A stretch of DNA of 32,000 bases from Candidatus Saccharimonadota bacterium (GTDB lineage: Bacteria; Patescibacteriota; Saccharimonadia; Saccharimonadales; Saccharimonadaceae), in contig JBAQRV010000001.1 in assembly GCA_049296095.1 (NCBI GenBank), positions 90,001-122,000 on the forward strand, in the 5' to 3' direction. The notes under the pieces are model-generated. The model saw only the letters and a list, made by a program, of their open reading frames with translations. It had not been told where the DNA came from and searched no databases. Positions 1 through 8,274 of this stretch are shown here, one piece after another. Position 1 is the first letter of the stretch; each line of letters opens with the position of its first letter. The translations under genes were made by a program, and so were the position numbers.

Positions 1-115
1 GGCGCTTTTGGCCTTTGTGGGCAGCGGTCGCAATATCGACGGCATGTTCCAGCTCGAGCAGTTGCTCTTTTTCGTAGTAGGGCTTGGCGTTCTCGAGGAG
101 AGTCTCTTTTTTCAT
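1..115 (-). CDS. 5' end of a RelA/SpoT-like HD-domain protein (partial, runs off the window start)
   Basis: Reverse-strand ATG at 115..113. Translation is MKKETLLENAKPYYEKEQLLELEHAVDIATAAHKGQKR. The A-x-x-AH-x-GQ-x-R segment is the usual lead-in to the RelA/SpoT hydrolase HD motif. Only 38 codons are visible, so the product call is tentative. Confidence 0.45.
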   Translation of the reverse strand, partial: MKKETLLENAKPYYEKEQLLELEHAVDIATAAHKGQKR

Positions 116-124
116 AACCCTTTT

Positions 125-130
125 AGTATA
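125..130 (-). promoter_or_regulatory. -10-like TATACT, 9 nt upstream of the minus-strand ATG (115)
   Basis: Reverse complement of 125..130 is TATACT, followed by AAAAGGGTT and then ATG. No convincing -35. Confidence 0.3.
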
Positions 131-255
131 CGATACGAGGGTTATGTGGTGATATAGTAATGATGGAATGAAAGGAGTTGTTCATGGACAGCGAGTAATT
201 CCAAGATCCCCCGGGAGTTGGTGACCTAGCGTCCTGGCTCCCGGGGCTTTCCCTT

Positions 256-283
256 TTGACTTGGTTTTTAAAACGTATATACT
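256..283 (+). promoter_or_regulatory. sigma-70-like promoter of the gap operon
   Basis: TTGACT (256..261), 16-nt spacer, TATACT (278..283). Downstream SD is AAGGGGAG (308..315), 6 nt before ATG 322. Confidence 0.6.
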
Positions 284-321
284 GAAAGAGATTATGGTAA
301 GTATCTTAAGGGGAGTGGGCA

Positions 322-1341
322 ATGGCTAAAACGAAAATTGGTATTAACGGCTTTGGGCGGATCGGACGCAATGCGTTCAAGATTGCTTTTGACCGTAGTG
401 ACATTGAAATTGTCGCAATTAATGATTTGACTGACACAAAAACACTGGCATATCTTTTGCAGCATGACAGTAACTACGGTGCTTATAAGAATAAAGTCAC
501 CTTTGACGAGACGGGGATTATCGTGAACGACCAGCACATTACAGTGTTGGCTGAAAAAGATCCCGGCGCCCTCCCTTGGGGTGATTTAGGAGTTGAACTC
601 GTCATTGAATCGACTGGTCGCTTCACCGATAAGGAATCGGCTGAGCTTCATATCAAGGCCGGCGCAAAGCGCGTGGTCATTAGTGGTCCGACCAAGAGTG
701 ACGGTGTCGATACAATCGTCCTTGGTGCGAACGAGGACAAGATTGAGGGCTCAAGTCAGGTGATTAGTAATGCTAGCTGTACAACTAACTCTTTGGGTAT
801 GGTTATGGCAATCTTGGACGCCGAATTTGGTGTTGAAAAATCGCTGCTCACTACCGTTCATAGCTATACTGCTAGCCAGGCCTTACAGGACGCTCCTTCA
901 AAGGATCTCCGTGAAGGTCGCAATGCGGCTGAGAACATTGTTCCAACTACCACTGGTGCGGCGATTGCGGTGACAAAAACGCTTCCGCAATTAACTGGTA
1001 AGTTTGACGGCCTCAGCATTCGAGTCCCGACGCCAGTTGTTTCGATTAGTGATGTTACCGTCCTCTTGGGCCGCGATACCACTGTAGAAGAAATTAATAA
1101 TGTGTTTAAGAAGGCTTCAGCTGAACCGTTTTATCAAGGAATCTTGGGAGTCAGTGAAGAACCGCTCGTCAGCCGCGATTATATCGGCAATAGCTATTCA
1201 GGTGTAGTAGATCTCCTTTTAACTAAAGTTGTCGGTGGTAATCTCGCCAAGATCATGGTGTGGTACGACAACGAGTGGGGCTACAGTAACCGTTTAGTGG
1301 AACTTGTCGCTGACATCGGAAAAACCTTGCAGAAACAGTAG
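322..1341 (+). CDS. gap: glyceraldehyde-3-phosphate dehydrogenase, type I
   Basis: 339 aa. N-terminal NGFGRIGR Rossmann motif, active-site SNASCTTNS and WYDNEWGYS near the C-terminus. Strong SD. Confidence 0.95.
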   Translation: MAKTKIGINGFGRIGRNAFKIAFDRSDIEIVAINDLTDTKTLAYLLQHDSNYGAYKNKVTFDETGIIVNDQHITVLAEKDPGALPWGDLGVELVIESTGRFTDKESAELHIKAGAKRVVISGPTKSDGVDTIVLGANEDKIEGSSQVISNASCTTNSLGMVMAILDAEFGVEKSLLTTVHSYTASQALQDAPSKDLREGRNAAENIVPTTTGAAIAVTKTLPQLTGKFDGLSIRVPTPVVSISDVTVLLGRDTTVEEINNVFKKASAEPFYQGILGVSEEPLVSRDYIGNSYSGVVDLLLTKVVGGNLAKIMVWYDNEWGYSNRLVELVADIGKTLQKQ

Positions 1342-1366
1342 TATAACGCTTATACTTAGGGGTACT

Positions 1367-1819
1367 ATGAAGATCTTTTTGGGCACAGATCATAACGGCT
1401 TCCATTTGAAGGAAAAAATCTTCGCGTATCTTGCGAAGCATGGCTACGATGTCGAAGACGTCGGTGATACGGTGCTTGATCCAGCTGATGACTTTCCAGA
1501 GTTTGCTCAAGCGGCGGCGCTAAAGGTACTTGGCGAGAATGAGGGTGAAGCTCGGGCAATTTTGTTATGTGGTGGCGGCCAAGGGATGGCGATGGCAGCC
1601 AATCGTTTTCGGGGTATACGTGCCAGCGTTGTGTGGGATGCATATGAAGCGAAGATGACGCGTAATGATAACGATAGTAATATTCTCTGTCTTCCTTCTC
1701 GAGTTCTCGATCGTGATGATGACGCTGAGTGGCAAGGTATTATCGAAACATGGCTCAACACTCCATTTGCCGGAGCGGTCCGATTTAAACGGCGCAATGC
1801 CCAGATTGACGAACTCTAA
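1367..1819 (+). CDS. rpiB: ribose-5-phosphate isomerase B (RpiB/LacA/LacB family)
   Basis: MKIFLGTDHNGFHLKE... and LLCGGGQGMAMAANRFRGIRA are typical RpiB segments. I prefer ATG 1367 (TTAGGGG SD at 1356..1362) over the track start 1304, which overlaps gap. Confidence 0.88.
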   Translation: MKIFLGTDHNGFHLKEKIFAYLAKHGYDVEDVGDTVLDPADDFPEFAQAAALKVLGENEGEARAILLCGGGQGMAMAANRFRGIRASVVWDAYEAKMTRNDNDSNILCLPSRVLDRDDDAEWQGIIETWLNTPFAGAVRFKRRNAQIDEL

Positions 1820-2466
1820 TGCCAAGTGTAATTGCTCCTTCTATTACCGTTGAAACAGACGACCAATACAAAGCGGCGATAGAGCGTATTCAACCGTTCG
1901 CGCAAAGAGTTCATATTGATATTAGTGACGGTGAATTTACGCCAAGTTTTCTGCTCGGTGAGGCCCAACTATGGTGGCCGAAAGAATGGCAAGTTGACAT
2001 TCACGCTATGGTGGCGCGACCCGATGAGCATCTTGCAAAACTGATTGCGATGAAGCCGAACCTTATTATTTTGCACGCTGAAATTCAAGGTGATCGGTTA
2101 GCTATGATCGCTCAGATTAAGCAGGCAGGGATCAAGGCTGGTATCGCCTTACTTCGTCCGACCGTCCCATCAACAGTTGCTAATATCATTCAGGCGGTCG
2201 ATCATGTCATGATCTTTTCTGGTGAACTCGGTAAATACGGCGGCACGGCCAGTTTGATGCAGCTTGAAAAGGTGCGTTTAGTGAAAAACATTAACCCTAA
2301 TGTTGAAATTGGTTGGGACGGCGGTGTAAATATCGAGAATGCTTATACGCTCACCCAGGGTGGTGTTGATGTGTTGAATGTGGGGAGTGCGCTGTCGACG
2401 GCCCCTGATCCAACCGCTGCCTACCAACTACTCGTCAAAGAAGTAAACAAGCACGGGGTTATTTAA
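1819..2466 (+). CDS. rpe: divergent ribulose-phosphate 3-epimerase family protein
   Basis: 215 aa. Rpe-like metal/catalytic segments are present: HIDISDG, VDIHAM, IGWDGGV. The usual SVNPGFGGQ segment is replaced by SGELGKYGG. Start overlaps the rpiB stop (TAATG). Confidence 0.65.
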   Translation: MPSVIAPSITVETDDQYKAAIERIQPFAQRVHIDISDGEFTPSFLLGEAQLWWPKEWQVDIHAMVARPDEHLAKLIAMKPNLIILHAEIQGDRLAMIAQIKQAGIKAGIALLRPTVPSTVANIIQAVDHVMIFSGELGKYGGTASLMQLEKVRLVKNINPNVEIGWDGGVNIENAYTLTQGGVDVLNVGSALSTAPDPTAAYQLLVKEVNKHGVI

Positions 2467-3329
2467 TGACACAGTTGACTATTCCGCAGATTGAAGCCAA
2501 GGCGAACGATATTCGTCAAAGTATTATTCGTATGCTCGAAGCGGCGGGCAGTGGACACAGTGCTGGTCCTTTGGATCTCGCAGACATTTTTGCTGCGCTT
2601 TATTTCAACATTATGAATATTCGTCCTGAGGAGCCTGAATGGCCAGAGCGGGATATCTTTTTCCTTAGTAATGGACATACCGTTCCAGTCCAGTACGCGA
2701 CCATGGCGGAAGCGGGCTATTTTGACAAGGATGAGTTACTTACCCTGCGAAAGCTCGGCAGTCGTTTGCAGGGTCACCCAGAGCGAGAACGCCTGCCAGG
2801 CCTCGAAAACACCAGCGGGCCTTTAGGAAGTGGCCTCTCTCAAGCTTCGGGGTATGCCTATTCATTACAATATCTTGATAACCAATTACATAGATTCGTC
2901 TATGTCGTTATGGGTGACGGTGAGTTGGACGAGGGCAATATTTGGGAGGCAGCCATGTTTGCCGGCAAATACAAACTGTCTCAGTTGATTGCCTTTGTCG
3001 ATCGTAACAATATACAAATTGATGGTAACACCGAAGATGTCATGCCACTCGAAGATCTGAAGGGGAAATGGGAAGCGTTTGGCTGGCATGTGCTCGAGAT
3101 CGACGGACACAACATTGAAAGTATTATTGATGCCGCCAGTCAAGGACGGGCAGTCACCAACCGCCCAACTGTCGTTATTGCACATACCATTCCTGGCAAG
3201 GGCGTTGATTTCATGGAATATGACTATAAATGGCATGGGGTTGCACCAAATAGCGATCAAGCAAAGGAGGCTTTACTGAAGCTTCGCACCTTGGGTGGCA
3301 AGATCTCTCATGAGGGGGAGGGTGTATGA
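2466..3329 (+). CDS. tkt: transketolase, N-terminal (TPP pyrophosphate-binding) subunit
   Basis: 287 aa. Contains GSGHSAGPLDLADIFAALYF and GDGELDEGNIWEA (TPP motif). This is the split-transketolase arrangement. TAATG overlap with the upstream gene. Confidence 0.92.
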   Translation: MTQLTIPQIEAKANDIRQSIIRMLEAAGSGHSAGPLDLADIFAALYFNIMNIRPEEPEWPERDIFFLSNGHTVPVQYATMAEAGYFDKDELLTLRKLGSRLQGHPERERLPGLENTSGPLGSGLSQASGYAYSLQYLDNQLHRFVYVVMGDGELDEGNIWEAAMFAGKYKLSQLIAFVDRNNIQIDGNTEDVMPLEDLKGKWEAFGWHVLEIDGHNIESIIDAASQGRAVTNRPTVVIAHTIPGKGVDFMEYDYKWHGVAPNSDQAKEALLKLRTLGGKISHEGEGV

Positions 3330-4321
3330 CATATCCTCTCAATCCAGACGTTTTCAATGACGACGTCAAGCAAGAGCCGATTAGAGCTGGTTTCGGGCGT
3401 GGGTTAAAGGCAGCTGGCGAAACGAACGAGCTGACTGTTGCCCTTTGTGCCGATCTCACCGAAAGTACCCAGATGCACTTATTTAAAGAAGCGTTTCCGA
3501 AGCGCTTTATTGAAGTCGGCGTTGCCGAGCAAAACTTAGTAACTGTTGCCAGTGGTTTAGCCCGAGCGGGGAAGATACCATTCACAAGTAGTTATGCGGC
3601 GTTTAGCCCTGGGCGAAACTGGGAACAGATTCGTACAACCATTGCGCTAAATAACCAGCCGGTCAAGATCGTTGGCTCTCATGCTGGCGTGAGTGTTGGA
3701 CCTGACGGAGCAACCCACCAGATGCTTGAGGATATCGCCTTGATGCGCGTGCTCCCGAATATGGTCGTGATTGCGCCTGGAGATAGTATTGAAGCCGAGA
3801 AGGCTACCAAGGCTATGTCCGACAATGGCAAGCCTACCTATATCCGTCTAGCGCGCGAAAAGACACCGATCTTTAGTACCGAGGACTCGCCATTTGAAAT
3901 TGGCAAGGCTTATGTCCTGCGTGAAGGAAATGAAGCGACATTACTCGGAACGGGCACGATGACGTACCAATTGTTGGTTGCTGCCGAGATCTTGTCAAAA
4001 GATGGGATCGAAGTAGAAGTTGTCCATGTCCCAACTGTGAAGCCGTTAGATGAGGAAACGATCTTGGCAAGCGCCAGGAAAACCGGACGAGTCATCACGG
4101 CCGAAGAAGCGCAGGCGGCAGGTGGATTCGGGAGTGCGGTCGCTGAATTCTTGAGCGAAACCCTACCAATGCCTGTGAAACGGATTGGTATGAAAGATCG
4201 ATTCGGTGAATCGGGTGCGCCAGCAGAACTCCTTGATCACTTTGAATTAACTGGCGAAAAGATGGCAGTGACCATCAAAACATGGCTCGATAAGATGCCA
4301 CGCTATCACCAAGACTATTAA
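3326..4321 (+). CDS. tkt: transketolase, C-terminal (pyrimidine-binding + C-terminal domain) subunit
   Basis: 331 aa. Contains FIEVGVAEQNLV, GPDGATHQMLEDIALMR and VHVPTVKPLD. ATGA overlap with the N-terminal subunit gene; GAGGGGGAGGG SD lies inside the upstream gene. Confidence 0.92.
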   Translation: MTYPLNPDVFNDDVKQEPIRAGFGRGLKAAGETNELTVALCADLTESTQMHLFKEAFPKRFIEVGVAEQNLVTVASGLARAGKIPFTSSYAAFSPGRNWEQIRTTIALNNQPVKIVGSHAGVSVGPDGATHQMLEDIALMRVLPNMVVIAPGDSIEAEKATKAMSDNGKPTYIRLAREKTPIFSTEDSPFEIGKAYVLREGNEATLLGTGTMTYQLLVAAEILSKDGIEVEVVHVPTVKPLDEETILASARKTGRVITAEEAQAAGGFGSAVAEFLSETLPMPVKRIGMKDRFGESGAPAELLDHFELTGEKMAVTIKTWLDKMPRYHQDY

Positions 4322-4343
4322 GGTTTTATCACCTAAGCACAAG

Positions 4344-4352
4344 TGTTATACT
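4344..4352 (+). promoter_or_regulatory. extended -10 (TGtTATACT) upstream of fba
   Basis: TGT+TATACT at 4344..4352 in the 61-nt gap after tktC. SD TAGGGGG at 4373..4379; ATG at 4383. Confidence 0.4.
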
Positions 4353-4382
4353 GAAACACAGAATAAATTCTTTAGGGGGCAT

Positions 4383-5294
4383 ATGGGACTGACGATTAGA
4401 GAAATCCGCGATAATACCACGAGGGCTCGTCATTTAATGCAACGCTCACGACAACAGCACTTTGCGGTCGGAGCTTTTAATATCGATAACCAAGAGACGA
4501 TGATTGCAATTGCCCGAGCTGCTCAGAAAATGAATGCACCAGTGATGGTTGAGGTTAGTGATGGCGAGGTGAAAGCGTTAGGTATTGAAAATGTCCGCGA
4601 TTTAGTGGATAACTACAAGGCAGAATATGGAATTGAGATGTATATTAATCTTGATCACAGTCCTTCAGTCGAAGACTGTAAAAGAGCAATTGACGTAGGG
4701 TACGAATTTATACACATAGACATCTCTCAGGCGGACCATGACGCACCACTTGAAGAGATTATTGCAAAAACCAAGGAAGTAGTTGAGTATGCACGCTTTA
4801 CTGGAGCACTTGTCGAATCTGAGGAGCATTATTTTATGGGCGAATCAAATGTTCATAAAGAAATGATTGATTTTGAAGAAGTAAAAAAGTGGAACTCAAA
4901 ACCCGAGGAAATCAAAAGTTTCGTTGATGCCACAGGCATTGATACGGTAGCTGTTCAGGTAGGAAATCTACACGGATCGTATCCAGTCCCCAAGGAACTG
5001 GACCTAGAGCTATTACAACAGATTAGAAACAGTATTGATTGTCAGATTAGTCTTCACGGGGGTAGTGATACGCCATTGCACTTCTTTGAGGATGCTGTCA
5101 AGATCGGTGTCAGTAAGATTAATATTAATACGGATCTTCGTTATGCATTTCGGACAACCCTAGAGGAGGAACTGAAGCAAAATCCCGATCAGTTTGCGGT
5201 AATGAAACTTATGGGTGACGTGAAAGATGCGGTCCAAGCAGTCGTCGAAGAGAAAATCAACGCCTTTGGCAGCGCAGGTAAGGCAGTTATCTAA
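4383..5294 (+). CDS. fba: class II fructose-bisphosphate aldolase family protein
   Basis: 303 aa. Contains FAVGAFNIDNQE, NAPVMVEVS, LDHS, LHGGSDTP and KININTDLR, typical of the class II FBA/tagatose-bisphosphate aldolase family. Confidence 0.88.
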   Translation: MGLTIREIRDNTTRARHLMQRSRQQHFAVGAFNIDNQETMIAIARAAQKMNAPVMVEVSDGEVKALGIENVRDLVDNYKAEYGIEMYINLDHSPSVEDCKRAIDVGYEFIHIDISQADHDAPLEEIIAKTKEVVEYARFTGALVESEEHYFMGESNVHKEMIDFEEVKKWNSKPEEIKSFVDATGIDTVAVQVGNLHGSYPVPKELDLELLQQIRNSIDCQISLHGGSDTPLHFFEDAVKIGVSKININTDLRYAFRTTLEEELKQNPDQFAVMKLMGDVKDAVQAVVEEKINAFGSAGKAVI

Positions 5295-5297
5295 TCT

Positions 5298-6263
5298 ATG
5301 ACCGTTCCGACGATCGTCACCATTGGCAAGGCCGCCCAGGATGTCTTCGTAAAAAGTTCGAAGGCTTTCAAGCAATTCGAACATAAGGGCGTGAAATACG
5401 AGCAGCTCCCAGTGGGGCAAAAGTTGGACCTCGATGAAGTTATCTTTGCAACCGGTGGAAACGTGACTAATGCGGCGGCAACCTTCGCGCGTCAAGGACT
5501 CCACAGTCGCTATGCTTGGTGCTTGGGAACGGATATCGCCAGCGAGATTATTTTGCAAGAGCTTGACGCCGAAGGGATTGATACTCGGCATGTGGTGCAA
5601 AAAGAGCAGTACCGCTCCAGCTATTCGGTTATTCTCATGCTGAGCGGTGGTGAACGGACCATCCTTAACTACAAAGGAACTATGCCAACGGCTCAGAGTC
5701 ACGATCTTGATCTGAGCGTGATTGATGAGGCTGATTGGCTCTATGTGTCTTCGCTAGGAGACATGGAGTTACTGGAAGTGATTATTTCAAGAGCGGCAGA
5801 GCATGGCGTGAAGGTGATGCTTAACCCCGCTGGATCGGAGCTTAAACAAGCCGACAAGCTCAAAGGGATTTTAGAGGATGTTGAGATCCTGGCAGTTAAT
5901 AAAGAAGAGGCGCAGCAAATTGTCTCAGGCGAAAATCTCGACGAGCTCGTCCGTCACGGCCGACACTATTGTCCTGTGGTGATTGTGTCTGACGGCCCAA
6001 ATGGAGCAGTCGCAACCGATGGTAAAACGATTGTGACCGCCGGTATGTATGAGGATGTTCCAGTTGTTGACCGCACCGGTGGTGGTGATGCCTTTGGGTC
6101 GGGCTTTCTAAGCTATTATTCCCAAGGAAAGACTTTGAAGGAATCAATGATCTTTGCCAGTGCTAATTCAACATCGGTGGTGACAAAAGTTGGTGCCAAA
6201 GAAGGCATTCTCCATAAAGGCGTAACACTCCATGATATGCCGATAAAAGAAGAGGCTTTCTAG
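5298..6263 (+). CDS. PfkB/ribokinase-family carbohydrate (sugar or sugar-phosphate) kinase
   Basis: 321 aa. Contains N-terminal ATGGNVTNAA and C-terminal VVDRTGGGDAFGSGF (PfkB signature 2, anion hole). Substrate cannot be read from the sequence. Confidence 0.85.
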   Translation: MTVPTIVTIGKAAQDVFVKSSKAFKQFEHKGVKYEQLPVGQKLDLDEVIFATGGNVTNAAATFARQGLHSRYAWCLGTDIASEIILQELDAEGIDTRHVVQKEQYRSSYSVILMLSGGERTILNYKGTMPTAQSHDLDLSVIDEADWLYVSSLGDMELLEVIISRAAEHGVKVMLNPAGSELKQADKLKGILEDVEILAVNKEEAQQIVSGENLDELVRHGRHYCPVVIVSDGPNGAVATDGKTIVTAGMYEDVPVVDRTGGGDAFGSGFLSYYSQGKTLKESMIFASANSTSVVTKVGAKEGILHKGVTLHDMPIKEEAF

Positions 6264-6264
6264 G

Positions 6265-8220
6265 ATGGCAAAATTTCTCAGAGATCTTCTTGATGCAGAG
6301 GAGCCGCTATTTTCTAGAGCGCTGCTTGAACTCGAAGAAATTACAGGACGATCTGGTGCTGATACGAAACTTATCGGTGATATCACCGCTATGGCACACG
6401 AGAGTCTGCGTCAGATGGGCCTTAACCCTGCTGTTGCAACTGGTGAAGAAATCTACTACGCGTTACAGTCGCGGGTTGAGCAAGATATAAAACGACTGAC
6501 AAAGGTAATCGGGGCAAAAGAGGATGATGACGTCGAGGCGCTTGCTCCATACATGATTGCGGCAGCCGACAAGGTGAAGTTTAACCGCAAAGTATTTGTA
6601 TTGAAACGTGAAAAAGCCAAAGAGCTTTTGCGACAGATGCCGCCTCAAAAATTAATGGAGAAACTTGGCTATGAGACGGTCGATGCCATGTTTGAAAAAG
6701 AAGACTTTGATGAGCTCTACACGGCACTACGATTTTCTGAGGGGGCTGATTGGCTGAATGAATACAACGAACTGTTTAAAACGGTAACACCGAAGGATTA
6801 TGAAGAACGTGACATGCGAATCCTTAAAATGGATCACGCAAAATATGTTGATTTAGCAGAACACTTCGTTCAGAAGAAGCTTCATAACGTCACCCACGCT
6901 AAAGAGATGGGAACGATTGTCGTCGTACCGATGCGTGCCAAGACGATGCGTGGGCTTGTCCTAAAAACACTCCCATTGCTCCTGCATTACATGAATGAAG
7001 TAAAGCTCTACTCCACCTTCTTTAAATTGAAAAGTAAGAAGCCGCACTTTGGTGAGACCGTCGTCGAGACGTTGATCGCAGACCCAGGGACTACCAGCCA
7101 AATTGTCGGTAAGCGTGTGCACTGGCGAGTCATACAACGATACCTAGGGCGACACAAGGAGGATTCGGTTGAGATGGTGGCGTTTGAGCCACATGTTCAG
7201 CCTGAGGACCTGCACTGGCGTCGTGCTGAAGACCTTCTATATCAGATAGATCCAGAACTTGAGTTTTGGAAGGATCGTGACTATGTTGCCCTACAGTACG
7301 ATGGCTTTCCGGTATCCTTTAACTTATTCGACGTCAGTTTTGCTTATTCGAATAAAGAAGTTTACGAAGGGCGCTATGCCTATCATTTCCGAGAGAGCCT
7401 GTGGAATGAGATCTTTGTGAGGTATATGGGCTTTAAGAATCTAGCCGCCCAAGTACTTGAGCAACTGGACAACGACATGATTGCGCCAGAGAAGCTATCG
7501 CTAATGAAACAAAAGGATACAGTCCCGACGTTACGAAAAAATAACACCAAACATGAGCTACTGATTCGGCAGCGTTTGATCGAATCGGCTGAGGGTCGTC
7601 TCGATGGGGTTGTTGAGGAGTTTGAGCATGTCTTTGAAATGCTCTCTAAATATGAAAGAACGGTAACGGTCTTTGGATCGGCCCGAAAACCTCAAGACGA
7701 CGCTGTCACGATTTCGGCCTATGAATTATCTCAGCGATTGGCGAGTGAGGGCTTTGCAATTGTGACGGGCGGTGGTCACGGAGTTATGGAGGCATCAAAT
7801 AAGGGTGCGTATGATGCGGGTGGTGCTTCAATTGGTTTGAATATTCTCCTTCCATTTGAGCAGAGCTTAAACGATTACACGACTGAGAATTTTCAATTCA
7901 ATCATTTCTTTGGACGTAAGATAGCTATGACACTTGATGCCAGTGCTTATATTTATTTACCAGGAGGCTTTGGGACGTTTGATGAGTTATTTGAAATCCT
8001 CGTTCTCGAGCAGACCCACAAGATCCCCCAAGCGCCAGTCATATTGGTAGGATCTGATTTCTGGAAGCCATTTGACGAGGTGATTACCTCAGTACTGCGA
8101 GACCGTTATCAGACCATCTCTGAAGAAGACCACAAGTTATATGAAATCCTTGATGATCACGATGAAATTGTGAAGCGGATCTCATCATATGAGAAAAAGT
8201 TAAACAAGCGTAAAGACTGA
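6265..8220 (+). CDS. two-part protein: ~430-aa unrecognised N-terminal region + C-terminal LOG/TIGR00730 (PpnN-type nucleotide 5'-monophosphate nucleosidase-like) domain
   Basis: 651-aa uninterrupted ORF. The C-terminal ~190 aa contain VTVFGSAR, TGGGHGVMEASNKGA, FFGRK and LPGGFGTFDELFE. AAGAGG lies ~10 nt upstream of ATG 6265. Confidence 0.8.
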   Translation: MAKFLRDLLDAEEPLFSRALLELEEITGRSGADTKLIGDITAMAHESLRQMGLNPAVATGEEIYYALQSRVEQDIKRLTKVIGAKEDDDVEALAPYMIAAADKVKFNRKVFVLKREKAKELLRQMPPQKLMEKLGYETVDAMFEKEDFDELYTALRFSEGADWLNEYNELFKTVTPKDYEERDMRILKMDHAKYVDLAEHFVQKKLHNVTHAKEMGTIVVVPMRAKTMRGLVLKTLPLLLHYMNEVKLYSTFFKLKSKKPHFGETVVETLIADPGTTSQIVGKRVHWRVIQRYLGRHKEDSVEMVAFEPHVQPEDLHWRRAEDLLYQIDPELEFWKDRDYVALQYDGFPVSFNLFDVSFAYSNKEVYEGRYAYHFRESLWNEIFVRYMGFKNLAAQVLEQLDNDMIAPEKLSLMKQKDTVPTLRKNNTKHELLIRQRLIESAEGRLDGVVEEFEHVFEMLSKYERTVTVFGSARKPQDDAVTISAYELSQRLASEGFAIVTGGGHGVMEASNKGAYDAGGASIGLNILLPFEQSLNDYTTENFQFNHFFGRKIAMTLDASAYIYLPGGFGTFDELFEILVLEQTHKIPQAPVILVGSDFWKPFDEVITSVLRDRYQTISEEDHKLYEILDDHDEIVKRISSYEKKLNKRKD

Positions 8221-8274
8221 TGCTTTACATTTGAGCGCATGGCAATTATGCTTATAACAACGTAACCGCGAGGG

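Noticed and set aside
276-290. Shared TATACTGAAA downstream-of--10 motif in the gap (278..287) and fba (4347..4356) promoters as a common regulatory site
   Set aside because: Six of the ten bases are simply the -10 hexamer. The extra GAAA is only 4 nt and is easily coincidental.
116-321. tRNA or other classical RNA gene in the longest intergenic regions (116..321, 23627..23763, 27607..27710, 30307..30411)
   Set aside because: No GTTCGAATC-like T-loop, no cloverleaf-compatible stems, and no SRP, tmRNA or RNase P signature strings were found by eye. A covariance-model scan would be needed for certainty.
1304-1366. Longer rpiB start at 1304 as given by the ORF track
   Set aside because: It overlaps the gap 3' end by 38 nt and adds 21 residues not seen in RpiB. 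ATG 1367 begins the conserved MKIFLGTDH and has an upstream GGGG SD.
5160-5702. 180-aa minus-strand ORF across the fba/PfkB junction
   Set aside because: Antisense to two well-supported genes, with no motifs, promoter or SD. The same reasoning applies to the antisense ORFs at 12148..12552, 13935..14354, 16501..16854, 19578..19979 and 24424..24978.
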